A DNA stretch of 64,000 bases from Macrostomum lignano. Lineage: Eukaryota. A model generated the notes under the pieces. That model did not search any database. It was given only the letters and a program-made list of their open reading frames with translations, and was not told where the DNA came from. Positions within the stretch are counted from its first letter, which is position 1; each line of letters opens with the position of its first letter. The position numbers and the translations under genes were made by a program. The stretch lies in assembly GCA_002269645.1 (NCBI GenBank), contig NIVC01000350.1, positions 596,554 to 660,553 of the forward strand. Direction: 5' to 3'. Of this stretch, positions 37,961 to 50,300 are shown one piece after another.

Positions 37961-38899
37961 GCAATTGATCGGCAGATATAATTAGATAAATAATCCCAGT
38001 CCATTGATTTATATTTAGAGCAATTTTTATAACCATTTGACCAAGGACTACTCAAGTAGAAGGACGGGAAACTAGAGTTTCTTGGAAAATTTTAGGAGTG
38101 TTTTTTTCGAAAAAAATACACTACAGAGATAGGAATAACATTGTCATTGTCTTCGATAGCAGGCAGACTCGATGTTCATCTTTTGAAATTGTGTGCCTTT
38201 CTTATTGCTCTATTGATATGCATAGTTTTTTATCAGAAAATTAGGATTTTAGAGATTGTTTTCTATTGCTTGCTTGAAATATGGAATTGTAAATAAAAAT
38301 GTTAGGAGTATTATAATGATACAGCTATATAAGAACCTTTATTTATATCATTTTTATTAATATTGCATATCATGATGCATTAAGTTTGCAATTTACTGGT
38401 TTAAGACCCTATTGAAATAAGTTTCACAACCCATGGTTCAAGTGGGTGCTCTCTGTCTGTTTGTTATAAAGTTGAAACAAAAAATAACCTACTTTTGCTA
38501 CTATCTATATACAATTTTTAAAGGTCACTATTCCAGTTGTAAATTTTGACAATAAACCCTGATCCTTGTGCCACCTCTCCACTGTAGTTTTGCTAATAAA
38601 CTCATATGGTACAACACTATACTGTGACCAATGAATATTAATTATTGACTAGCAATTCATTTTGTACATTAGCCAATTGTCATTTTTAATGCTTTAACTT
38701 CCATTCTTGCTTGATGCTACTTGTAAAATTGTTGCTAAGTGCACTTGCCTTGCACTGACTGCATGTAGATGCTTCTCACTAGAAGCCGATCAATGCAATA
38801 TCTTAGTATAGTATTTGCACAATTTCAGACACATTAGTCTGATAGTCAATATAGCAGCCAAATCAAGTTAGCATACCAACTCTATCTTTTAAATTTACC

Positions 38900-39905
38900 A
38901 TGGAACTCAATAGAAGTCACTGGAGAGCCATGATTTTTTATAACTTTCAGTGGTCTATAACAATAGGAACGTTTAAAGGGACTCCAAGGAGCTTTCAGAG
39001 ATATTATTCAGAGGCAGAGCCTAAATAATGAGGAATGCAGCCACTGGCCTATCTCTGAAACAACCAAGAACATTGCTGTTGTTCAAGCTATAGTTTAGAA
39101 TGGTATCCTAAGTCATTAGATAGTGACATCAGATAAGGCACCTTATTAGGATCCATCAGGATGATCTTGCACTCTAAGGTCAACTGGAGCAAGATTTTTG
39201 CATGCTGGGTACCTTATCAGCTGACTCCATAGCAAGAGGCTTGGGTGACCAAGTGTCACAACATGCTTAGGAAATTTGTAAGTGGCAACTTCAACTCAGT
39301 CAGTGTCAAATTTTCTAGTGTCAGTGTTGTCAATGTTGATGCAGATGCTGTCAGTATTGATTAATACTGGGTCTACAGTTTTAAACCAGAAACTAAGCAG
39401 GAGTTAGCCCAATAGACTCCTACTGATTATACTCCCCTATCCAAGCTCTGGCAAGAGTATAACATGGCTAAGTCAATAGTGGCCATTACTGTGGCAGAAA
39501 TAGGCCATTTGGCCATGGTGCTACTTATGTCATAGTGCACAGTCATATGCCTGCCAGAAATGCAGAGCACTTTCTAGGTGTCACCTAAGGCTTAGGGCAT
39601 CTTTCTCTATTATAACAATGACCTAGCCTACAAGGCTTGGCAGGTGGTTGAGTTCCTAGCCAGAGAGTACATCTAAGAACTTGGCCATCTTTCCTGCCCC
39701 CTCATGCAATATGTATTTTTGTGATAATGTGCAGGATATGTGGAATTTGCTATGGGTTATTGCAAGTTACAGTGGAGGCTTTCATTCAGAATACAATAGA
39801 GGAGGTGCCTACTTCAGACTGATCTAGCTGCTTCAACAAGTGGTTTGAGTAGATGCATGATGCAACTTTGAATTGAATGCTCTAGAAAGGACTTTGAAAA
39901 GTTGT
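38900..39905 (+). pseudogene. Heavily mutated mariner transposase relic (different subfamily from the intact element)
   Basis: Decayed motifs in order: MELNRSHWRAMIFYNF (38900), RQSLNNEECSHWPIS (39012; cf. GRESLEDDxRSGRP), CWVPYQLTP*Q (39203; cf. RWVPHxLT), WVYSFKPETKQELAQ*, LYYNNDLAY (39605; cf. LHHDNAPAH), WFE*M. Many stops and indels. Confidence 0.85.
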
Positions 39906-42540
39906 TACTGTTTTTTTCTAACTATTTCTACCTGCAAACATCTTCCATTGGGAAATAATTGTCTTTTAACTATGTCAAATGGCACAAAAAACAGATTTGA
40001 GGACAATCATAGATGTGCTAATTGACATAGATGATAGTTGTGCAATAATTTCTTGCCAGACAAGAAACTTATTGCTAACCCCTTATAAAGCTTATAGATT
40101 TTTTTAGGATTAGTAAATTACTGATATGAAATTTGTTCTTGTTCTGCCATAATTACAGCTATGACTACTGAACATCAGTATATTAGATGTGATACACAAA
40201 AAATTATCAGTGGAAAGCAATACTCTAATACCCAAACTTGAGTATCATTGATGCCCTAATTATAATACTTCATTTTGATAACTAGTTTTTTTTAAAAAGC
40301 AATGTTTAACAAATATAAATACATAATCTAAGCTTTTATAAAACTCTTCCAGATTTTTAAGGTGAAGAAAGTATGCTTAACATTGGTTTAAAAAAAAGAA
40401 AAATTTAATAAAATCAATAAGAATAAATGAATAAATGAAAAAACAATCAGTTGCATTAGAATTTAATTTAATTATTTATTAGCCACTATAGTCAATATTT
40501 ACTGACTACATATAAGTGTATACTAAGAATACTAAGTACTAGGATATTAGCATTAGTTTTTGCTGCTTAAGTATACCTCTGGAGACTCTGAGAGAGAACA
40601 TAATATTGTCCATGATTCATAGTTGGATAGCAATGCTATGGTCAGCATTCTCAGTTATTTAGCCTATTTACACTTAATACTCAATTATAGGAAGGTGCTA
40701 TGCCATGGATAGACTCCAACAGGGACTTGGACTAATTTACTAGAAGATTTATGCATAATAATCAATTTGCACATATTGTGACTAGTTTTTTAATGCATTG
40801 AAAGTTATTTAAATCACTTAAATATTCTATTTTTGTCAATATAAGAAATTAAACAAGAGTATAAAAGCCTTTATGGTCATGCATATCTTGGTTTAAAATG
40901 TAAAACTAACTAGTCTTACTTTGCACTGCACTGCATATAGATGCAATGAATCTTAATCTTATAAAAGCTACTAGAATAGTAATCAATAATCTGATCCATT
41001 GATAAGCTCTAAGACTAGAAAGTACCCAGAAGCCTTGAATAAGCCATATAATAAGAATGCTACCATATTGATATGTTAGAAAATGTTACTAGAATGAAAT
41101 ATTAGCTAAGATTAAAATTTTAAAATAGTTCCTCCAAGGGCCTAATTCAATAAACTGCTATTATAGGATCTATTATTATTTACATACTAACAAACTTGAC
41201 AGTATTTTGCTTTGTTATATATTATACTGCTATTCAAAGTTACTGCAAACAATTATGATTAAAATACAAAGTTAAGAACTTTAAATAAACTTATTAGAGC
41301 TAGGTTACCAAAGAAGAGCTTAAAAAAGTCTAGGACAAAGATTCTAGTTTTGGAAAATTTCTGTTATTGTTTCAGTCTTTATTATTTTAAGTTTATTTAT
41401 ATTATTATTAATGACTATCCTTGGTCATTATCCTTGGGAATGCAGCAAAGTCGTCGTCGCGTCGGTCGATGTTTGAAGTCTCGGAAATAAAGTTCAGTTC
41501 GAACGAGTCGACATTGTCTAATTTGTCGATAGGCAGATTGCGCCAATTGATTGGAAAATGAATGCCTTCTGACTTTATGAAATTGATTCTACTCGCCCAA
41601 TGAACAGCGACTTTTTAAAACTCCGTCGTCTTGACCATAGACATATCATTCCGTATGATTTCGTGTGTTCTGCCGTTGTCTGGAACTGAACTAACTGATT
41701 TTTTCTAACCCTTGGCTTTTACCATAGACGTGGCAGATATTTAGATGTGGGGGCTTTGCCCCCACACCCCATTTCTGCCCCCACCCACTTTGATTTCTAA
41801 CCCCTAGCTGACAATTTGGACAATGATGTCGTTTGGAATTGAGATTTCAGTTAATGGCCATAGACACGAGCGTGCGTAGCCACCCATTATACTATTCAAA
41901 TTTAGATTCGACGGAAGGTTCGACACCCTCGAGAACGACCGGACGAGATGGTAGTTCATCGCCGGAACCTCCTCCTTGTGCCCACTTCAGACTATCCAAT
42001 TGCAGATCTCGAAGGACCAGCGGACCCGAAGAATCAACGCCGAGTTTGACAGGTTGACGCTGGAGCTGCGACACTCCCCGCCATCTCTGAGGACTCTGAC
42101 GAAGAAGACGACCTGGACATTAGACCCGCCTATCGCTGGCGACTCCGATCAGCTGCTCAGCCAGGCGCACGTCCAACTGAAGTCCGCATCCATGAACCTG
42201 AAGTTATGGAGAATAGAGTTGAGCTTGAGTCACTGCCGTATGATTCTTGCGACGCTCCATCCGCTCCTACAGTCGAACCGTTTAGGCGACCTGAAAATAG
42301 ATATAGCGATAGGATTAACTTAGACTCTGATAGGAATAATCAATGTCATAGCCATGTTTTGTCGGCCAATTTGCCATCCACTAGTCAAATTGAATGGGCC
42401 GTCAATGACAGGCCAGTTAGGGCTCGAAAGGAACCTGACCGCTTGGTTCTTAAACCAAAGTCAAAGTCCTACTTGAGCCGGTTAATTAACCTCTTTCGCC
42501 GGCCTCGTGCCAGTTCCAGCGCTGAAAAGCAAAACTAAAA

Positions 42541-44780
42541 ATGACTGGCAAAGAAAATAAGAGGCGCCGAGATCGAGAACCGTCCCGGACGCCCCCGCCG
42601 GCCAGTGGGCGCAAACGGACGCGGCCCACTCTACCAGTCAACCGAACACGCATCATTCCGGTGCCCAGCCAAGACCCGGCTCGCCGTCGACGAAGCCGTT
42701 GGGACGAGCGTCCGCGACAAGAAGCAAACATCGAAGTGCGCAGGCTGGCGCCGCTGCAGCCGCCTCACCTCGGCAATCGCCTCGCGGTCGCCAGAGAGCG
42801 TGCCGCCGCCATCAGGCTCCGGCTTGATCCACCGCAGGCGATTTCTGCTGGCGCCCAACTGCCGGCTGCCGACAAAGCGCGAGAGACCGCAATCTCGCCA
42901 GAACGGCCTGTCTCTCTACCGGCGCAGCCACCAGCAGAGCCGCCGGCGTACCATTCACTAGTACAACAGCGCCCGAACGAAGCCGAGAATGTGCTCGATC
43001 TGATTGGCAGTGTATCGAGCTCTCTACAAGAGGAGCCAAGCGAAGAGCTGCTCCCGGCGCTTCAAGAACTCTTGGCTCCAAACGCACGGGCTTCGTCGGA
43101 CGCAGCACCTCCAGCGCTGATGGATCCGCGGGGACGTTCTGGACACTCCGCCCCAGCCGCAATCGCCGCCGCTGGCGCAGTATTTGGGCGTGCTGACGCC
43201 GCCGCCACAACCAGACATCGTAAACCTAGACGACTACCCAATGCTGCCCATGCCGCCAACACCACGCTTCCGCCGACCGTCCTCTGTCCCGTCGCCGCCC
43301 CGCTTGTTCAGTCGATCGGAATTAGCAGAGGCCATCAGTGCCACTATCTGGGCCCGGCCACCGCAGACGGATGCCACAACCCAAGTCGACCGCTCAAGTA
43401 TCGTCAAGGAAGGGGCCATAGTCGCTCTCACGGAGTTGCTAGTAGCGGCCGGGCTCAAAGGACAGCTCTGCCGCAGATGGTCCGACCGCATCCGAGAAGA
43501 GTTTCGTGTGGCCGCACCTGAGGAAAGACGACGGGCCATTACTTAGATTGCCCATAAAGCCGCCGAAGCCCTCCTGCTGCATCCACTGCATGCCACAATG
43601 CTTGAATTGGCGATTCTAAAACTTCTATTTTTCCTGGAGCAAGCCGACGAGATGCTGGATGGTTTTGGCAATTTTTTGCATTTCTAACATCATCACTTTT
43701 AGTATAACAATAAGTGCAGTAACAACTTTAAAATTTATGAACTTTTGCTTCAACTTGCAGTCAAAATCAAACTTTTCAATATATCTCCTAATTTCTCATT
43801 CATCAAAAGTTTTTAGCAATAATGAAAACTAATCTCATTAAATCTCTTTCTCTTTATGCAAACCAATCAACTTAAATATGCTTTTTACTTAATCAAACAT
43901 TTTACAATGTAAGCAATCATGCATATGTATAATTCAACGCTGCCTTACTCTAGTACACCATCTTTTTGTAGGCACTTCGTTTTTGTAGTCAAATTTATTG
44001 CAATAAATACTCAATTTTCGGTGTGGCCTTATTAGAGCCAAATTGTTCTTTTCCAATAAATTGAATCATCGTTTCGCTGCTACAATTTAATTTGGATGGG
44101 GAGAGTGTAGTGACTGGCTGCTAACTGGCTATTTAGAAGCATTCACTAGCTGCTCCTAAGAGCGCTGTGATCCGCTGCACGGCAGCTTAGTCCACCTGAT
44201 CTAGTGAGAGAGTTACCTTGTGCTGGGCCTAAGTGTTTACTGCCCAATGACTCATTGCCTAAGCAGGCGCAGCAGCCACACTCAATATCTTCCCCTCCTG
44301 CACTGAGGAATTGTAACAGGATGACTCATTATCAGCGCAGAGTGTAAAGGCTGCTTAGAGGGAGTAAACAGGATGACTCATCCACCCAAGTTCTATTTTT
44401 AGCACAGAAAAGCACGTGACTGAGCACGCACACTGTGTGGCCACTGACCTTGAGTCACGCCACTGCTGCGTGACAGGCTTGCCTTATTTGGAAGTTGGCG
44501 TTAGATCACACCTCGCTCGCATGATTCTGAGGACCAAAAAAAGAAGTTTCACACGCTCAGCACATGAAACTCACGTAACTTTTGGGGGTCTGCTTGGCTA
44601 TAAATACGGAGCATCTGTGAGCCATTATTCTCCAGATTGCATTCATTGCAAGCATCGTGGACCCTCGCTTTCACTGCGTTGTCTCGCAGAGCATTGTGGC
44701 TAACTCGTGAAGCCTCCTCCAAGCTCTCCTCTCTCATTTCAGGTTTTTCAGGTTTTCAGGTTCGAGCAGCATTCTACTAA
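42541..44780 (+). mobile_element. 3' part of an LTR retrotransposon: interrupted Pro/Arg-rich extra ORF (42541-43687), AT-rich spacer, PPT, LTR starting at 44106
   Basis: GGATGGGGAGAG polypurine tract directly followed by TGTAGTGAC (LTR start) and TATAAATA at 44599. The same ORF-end/PPT/LTR layout recurs at 18862-19866 with similar spacing (419 vs 404 bp). No RT or integrase recognised, so superfamily is unassigned. The LTR right end and the element's 5' extent (possibly from about 41830) are uncertain. Confidence 0.65.
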
Positions 44781-45877
44781 GTCAATTGACTGTCAAGACA
44801 TTTTTCAGATTTGCCTTTGCTCCGAGCAATTTTGTTATTTTATTTCAGGTGACAGATAGACAACTCTGCTAATGCATCAAGTTTGCACACCAAGGTGGTA
44901 GCAACCCTACCAAGTTAAGGCTAACATTTTAGGTTCAATTACAGGCAAATCGATAGGAAGTACAATGGTGCTATCTAGCTACTTCCGGAGCAGCGAGTTC
45001 TATTTCTAGGAATATCTTCAAGAACTTGGGAAGGAGTGTAACATGATAATGGTTGCTAAATAAGTTTTGAACAATTTAACTTTTTGAACTTATCAAGCTT
45101 GTGATGATGGTTATTAAACTTTTTACATGATTTTTTTGCCTGTACCCTTTTTGAGCTTATGATAGAGCCTTGTTTCAAATGGTGATTTTTATGCTTAAAT
45201 GATGAAAGCCTATTTTTAATTGTCTATAAGTGATTATAGGCATCTATAGATGATATTGCAAATTATCAATGTTTAACTATAAATGTTCTAATGGATATAA
45301 CTATAAATTTGCTAATGGATATGACTGCATATTATCAACTAATGGGTATAAGTAAAATGGTTAAAATGGTATAGCTATAAATTGTCAACTAATAAATATG
45401 GCTATAAATTGCCTAATGGGTTTTGTAAATTATAAATTGTTTTGTTTTACAAAGTAGGTCTACTTGCTAGTCTATATTTTCTTTTATCTTTATACATATA
45501 CTAAATCTTTAATAAATCTTTTTATATTTTACATTTAAATCTATGTAAGATGCTTCATAGAATTCATAAAAAATTCAAACATTAAATCTCTAAGAGCTGT
45601 CCTTTTAGTATTGTAGTCTTAGTCTATAGCCAAAATGTTATAGTCTACAGCCTAGCTAGCTATTCCTATTTTGCTAACAAATGAGATGCAAATAAGTTTA
45701 ATTCCAATGACATTAAAACCATTTCCATTTTATTGGACCTTTAGTCAAAGGATATAATAAACAAAGTCATACTAACTTTTAAGTTTTTTCATTATACAAG
45801 GTCAAGATTTTATACGATTACAAAAATTTGTCAATAATATGCAAGTTTTTTAGGCTTATAAATAGAATATATTTAGG

Positions 45878-47398
45878 GGCAATAGCTAGAGTTCTAGCAC
45901 TAGAACCCATTTTCTAATAGCTATAAATCTAATAATAATATTCTAAGGCAGTATAGTATATACTCGAACAATCTATTTCTTAGAAAATAGGGTATTTGAA
46001 ATTCTGCCAAATAATGATAACTTTGTTTAAATGTTGTGTGTGCCAATAATATTCTACAAAATTAAAGCTTCTTGTTTTAAATATATAGACAAGTTAGTAT
46101 AAATAGAAGCCCTAAAGCAGGCCAAGAAAGGCATCTTCTCAAATTGTCATTTGACTTTAAGCAAATTTAATAAGCAGTTATTCAAATTGACTTACTCATT
46201 TCTAAGAGTATAAAGCCCCAAATTGGGACTATTACTAGAAGACCACTAAGAAGCGAGAATCTCCTTAGGGCAATAACCTCGGAAAGGGTGTAAAATGCCT
46301 TAGGGCAAGAAAAAAAACCACATCAGGGTAAGAAAGATCAACTTAAGGCAAGGAAAGTGCATAAAGCCATGACCCTCTGATCCAGGGAATGCCCAGGACT
46401 GAGAGAAAACTTATAGGAGTAAATAAAGTAGACAATGTCATTAAACCACTTAGGCTAAAGAGTACAGTATATATATATAGATGCTACCAAAAAGATAAGT
46501 AGATGCTACTAGTAAAAATAGATAGAAAAGCAGATACACTACTAATAATAAGAATATAACTTTTCATGCAAAAGTACATTAATTAAATAGAAGGACAACT
46601 TTGGTGGCAGCTCATAAGAAATATGACTAGGCAAAGGCCAATAGTTAAGATTCTAGAAAGACAGAGCTAACAGGCCAAGCACAATTTCAATAGTGCAATT
46701 TATAGATATAAATATAGCAAAAACATTTTACTTTTTAATGGATAGTTGACCTGGATAGAATTCTTGCAGAAAAATCACAACGCATTATGCAATTGCGAGA
46801 AAAAAATGCGATTTTGCATCAAAAAATCCAGAAAAAATGTGTCGCAGAATTTCAGACAAAATTGCTAATTCTTAATATATGCAAAAGTGCGCTTGAGATA
46901 TTGGATTTTGCAAAAGATAACCCTACTAGCTAAGATCACGAAGAAAAAAAGAATAAAAAGTAAAAACTAAATAAGGCACAAAAGTAAAAATTCGAAAAAA
47001 TTCTATAAAAAGTAGAAACTCGTAACATTCTCTAACATATGTATTTGGACGAAAATTCAAATCACTACATTTTCTTAGAATTCATTTTTCATTATTGTCT
47101 GTTATTTTGTTATTTTGCGACGTGCTAAGTACCAAAATAAAAAATGCAACCAATAAAAAATATTTTGTGCGCCATAAAAAAATTGCATAATTCCGTTTGA
47201 CTTAAGAAATACAAGAATTCCATCCTGGGTAGTTGATATGGAGATTTTGTTCAAGATATGATCAAAATTAAATGATGAGATTTAAATAAAATACTTCTAA
47301 TATTCAAAGATTTCATTAGTAGATAATTGCCTATAGAAGTCTACTGGATCCATAGCCACTAGAAAATGGGTTCTGGTGCCAGAACTCTAGCCATTACC
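45878..47398. mobile_element. Decayed non-autonomous MULE-type element (1521 bp) with a 9-bp TSD
   Basis: TIRs of at least 58 bp (GGCAATAGCTAGAGTTCTAGCACTAGAACCCATTTTCT... vs rc GGTAATGGCTAGAGTTCTGGCACCAGAACCCATTTTCT...). Exact TSD ATATTTAGG at 45869-45877 and 47399-47407. Confidence 0.85.
46750..47229. mobile_element. MITE (about 480 bp) nested in the 45878-47398 element
   Basis: Imperfect 17-bp TIRs CCTGGATAGAATTCTTG / rc CCAGGATGGAATTCTTG. Flanking duplication TAGTTGA (46743-46749, 47230-47236; 8 bp with one mismatch if extended). Much richer in CpG than its host. Confidence 0.7.
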
Positions 47399-50300
47399 AT
47401 ATTTAGGATATAATGCAAAAATTCTATCCTAGGGCCCTAGGCTTCAAGTAAAGTGATGCAATTTATATTAAGGCTTATGCCTAAGCTAAGACCAGGCTAT
47501 GACTTTTTGTCTTGTTAAGTTATTATATTATACTTACAGTTCTTGTCTTAACTGTGGATATAATATATTTTACAAGGCCCTAGCTATAGTATAGGCAGTA
47601 TAGCTATAGAGAAGACAATGAAAAGTTATGACTAAAGTAAAGTTAGGCCTAGATTATTAAAGCTGACACATGTTTACCACTGGTTTTGGGTGTGAATTTT
47701 ACCATGTTGCTGAGTTATATGTAGGCCTAGCAAATAAATTAAGTTTATTTAGGAAGAACGATTAATAGTAAGCCTAGTCTGCATGCAACACAAAGACAAA
47801 GCCCTCCATTTTGACTTTGAATATTATAAGATAAATTCATATAGGATAAGCTCTTTAACTATATTTTCCGATACTATAAATTTAAGATTACTTATAAATT
47901 TGGCCTAACACAAACTTGATTTCACAACCTTGCACTGTTTTACAAATTAGTGATATGAATATGATAGTACTCGGCCCTCGGGTAGTAGTTAAGGCATACT
48001 AAAGTAATTAAGGTTCTGCCTACATATTTCTCAATTCTCGGTATACCGACGGCACGCTCTTATAAATCTATAAAACCCTTTAAAAGGAAAAAGATAAGCC
48101 TATTTTTGATAGCGGAAGAGAACCAGAAACCAGTACTAGTCATACTCATATGAACTGCTTACGGGCCGCAGCCGCGTCACGGGTTGGGTTTCGCTTTAAA
48201 AATGCAAAAGCCTGTATTTTTTATGCTAATGTGTGCTAGACTTGCTTTCATTTTTTATTGAAAAGGATTGCTTTTTCAACTTATGTCTATCTGAGGTCTG
48301 GAATAAGCTTTTGCGATTGTTTTATTAGCTTACGTTTTGATAGAATGTTTATATTTCCGGCTTTTATTTTCATCAAATTTGCTGCCGGAGTGTATATTGT
48401 AGGGAATGAAATTTAGTATGCCGCATGCGTATTTAGTTCAGCATATTATACGTATACGTGAATACATGTGTGGATTTGTGTGTGTAATCGTAATACTGAA
48501 AACGTAGTACCCCTTCAATCATCTTAATGAGCTGCTTAGTTTGTTCGGTTGCTTAGCTAGTAGAGGACCTGAGATCAAAATTCAAATATACTGTAATCGC
48601 GAGGCCTTAGTGACTAAGTCCCCCACTTAATTTGCAACAAAAGTGACAAGATATTGGCTTTATTTAGATATATCTTACTGCTAACCGTACAAAATGCCAT
48701 ATACTTCAGTGCACTAGCTCTATCAAAAGGGTGGTCGACATGATCGCAGTGTATTTAAAACCATTTACAAAACATATACATGTAACATGCGGAAGAAGAC
48801 CAGCTCATTTAGCTCAAAAGATTGAAAGGGTAATATGTTTGTAAAATGCTGTTATTGCTAATCAGCCACCTGGTGTGTTTTATTCGGAGATAAAAGAATT
48901 AAACTACTCGATCTAAGCAAACACATGCCAGCACCTTGTCGACAATAGGTTGTGGTGATGCGGTGGTGCGCGAGTACGAGCGTACGAGTCGTACTGCAGT
49001 AAATTTGATTGGGTTTGTACCGAGACAAATCTTATTGGCATGCAGCAACAAACATTAAGTTTTTCATCGCGGCCACTATATACGTACATGTACATGCTGT
49101 TATACAGATAGTTCGAGTGATCCTCGAGTGGCTCATCTTAGCTGTCTTCAGACTATACGATCAGATTCGATCAGCTGGTGTACACTGTGCATGCATGTTG
49201 ATTCACTAAACAGAGAAGTATTATTGGGGTTGTTCTCTCTTGCCGATACCATGCAATTTGCATTCTGCTCAGCGTTGTACTGCCTCATCTCTTCTAGTGA
49301 GTCCGATTTCATTTCTCTCTCCCACCCTTTGATGCCGGATTCGGTCTGCTCGGGTCATCGATCTCGGACATTTGATTACTAACTGCTTGCTTTGGCTCTT
49401 CTTTTGGAGCCCTTCGTTTTGCCCTAGTTCTTCAATCATCCACTATTCCACTGCTTACTGGTCTCGCTGCAGTTCCCCCTTCCTCCAGAGATCGTTCTGG
49501 CCCCCTTCCTCTGCCCCCCCCCCCTGGAGCTGATTGGGGCTTGTCAGCTCTGCGCCTCGGCGCCGGGCTAATTGAAAAAATTATCGAGTAACTCGATTTT
49601 CACTCAACTGCACCGCCCCAGCTCAGCACGCGCACCCATGCGGGATTCGCCCTCGCCCTACCCCCTCCCTCTCAACTCCCTCTCCAAATCCACCATCCGC
49701 ACCCCCTTTTCCTTCTGTAATAATCTTCTAGCCAGAAGCGCAGCGCCGTGGAAGAACTCGGCCCCGTGGGATATTGCCAGACTCCGAGGGGAATTCCAGC
49801 GGACCCGGAACGCGTCACTCGTTCCTCTTTCTCTCACACTTTCTCTCTTTCTCTCTCATCTCGCAAGCAAGGCCCCCTTCCGTGCAAGACTTTCCACATC
49901 CCCTAAACTCTCCCTCATCTTCCTTCAGTTCCAGTCCACCGTCTCTATCCCCCGTTCGGATCCTCTGCCCGCCTGTCCAGCTCGCCCTATTGATTGCCTT
50001 CAGCAGTTGTGCCTCCAGCGGCCGCCTCCCTAATGCCCCCCTTGCCCCTCTCAGTCTATTGCCAATCCTGGCCAGCTGGGGCAGCCGGTCCAGCCGCATC
50101 CCCATTGGTTGGCGAGGCACTTACGCCGATTTTCAATTTGCTCTCCTCGGCTTCTAAACTTGTTCCAGCTCCTGCTTATAGGAATTGAACTCCTGTTTCG
50201 CCTGCCCCTCCTTCCTCCGCTAGTTACTACTCTTCACTTCCAGCCACATTTACTCGGGGGCCTTGCTCCAAATTTTCCCGACAACCCAACCAGCCCCTCA

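Noticed and set aside
41880-42060. Gypsy integrase tail motif (VVHRRNLLLV)
   Set aside because: A single short motif in an interrupted frame; not enough to assign a superfamily.
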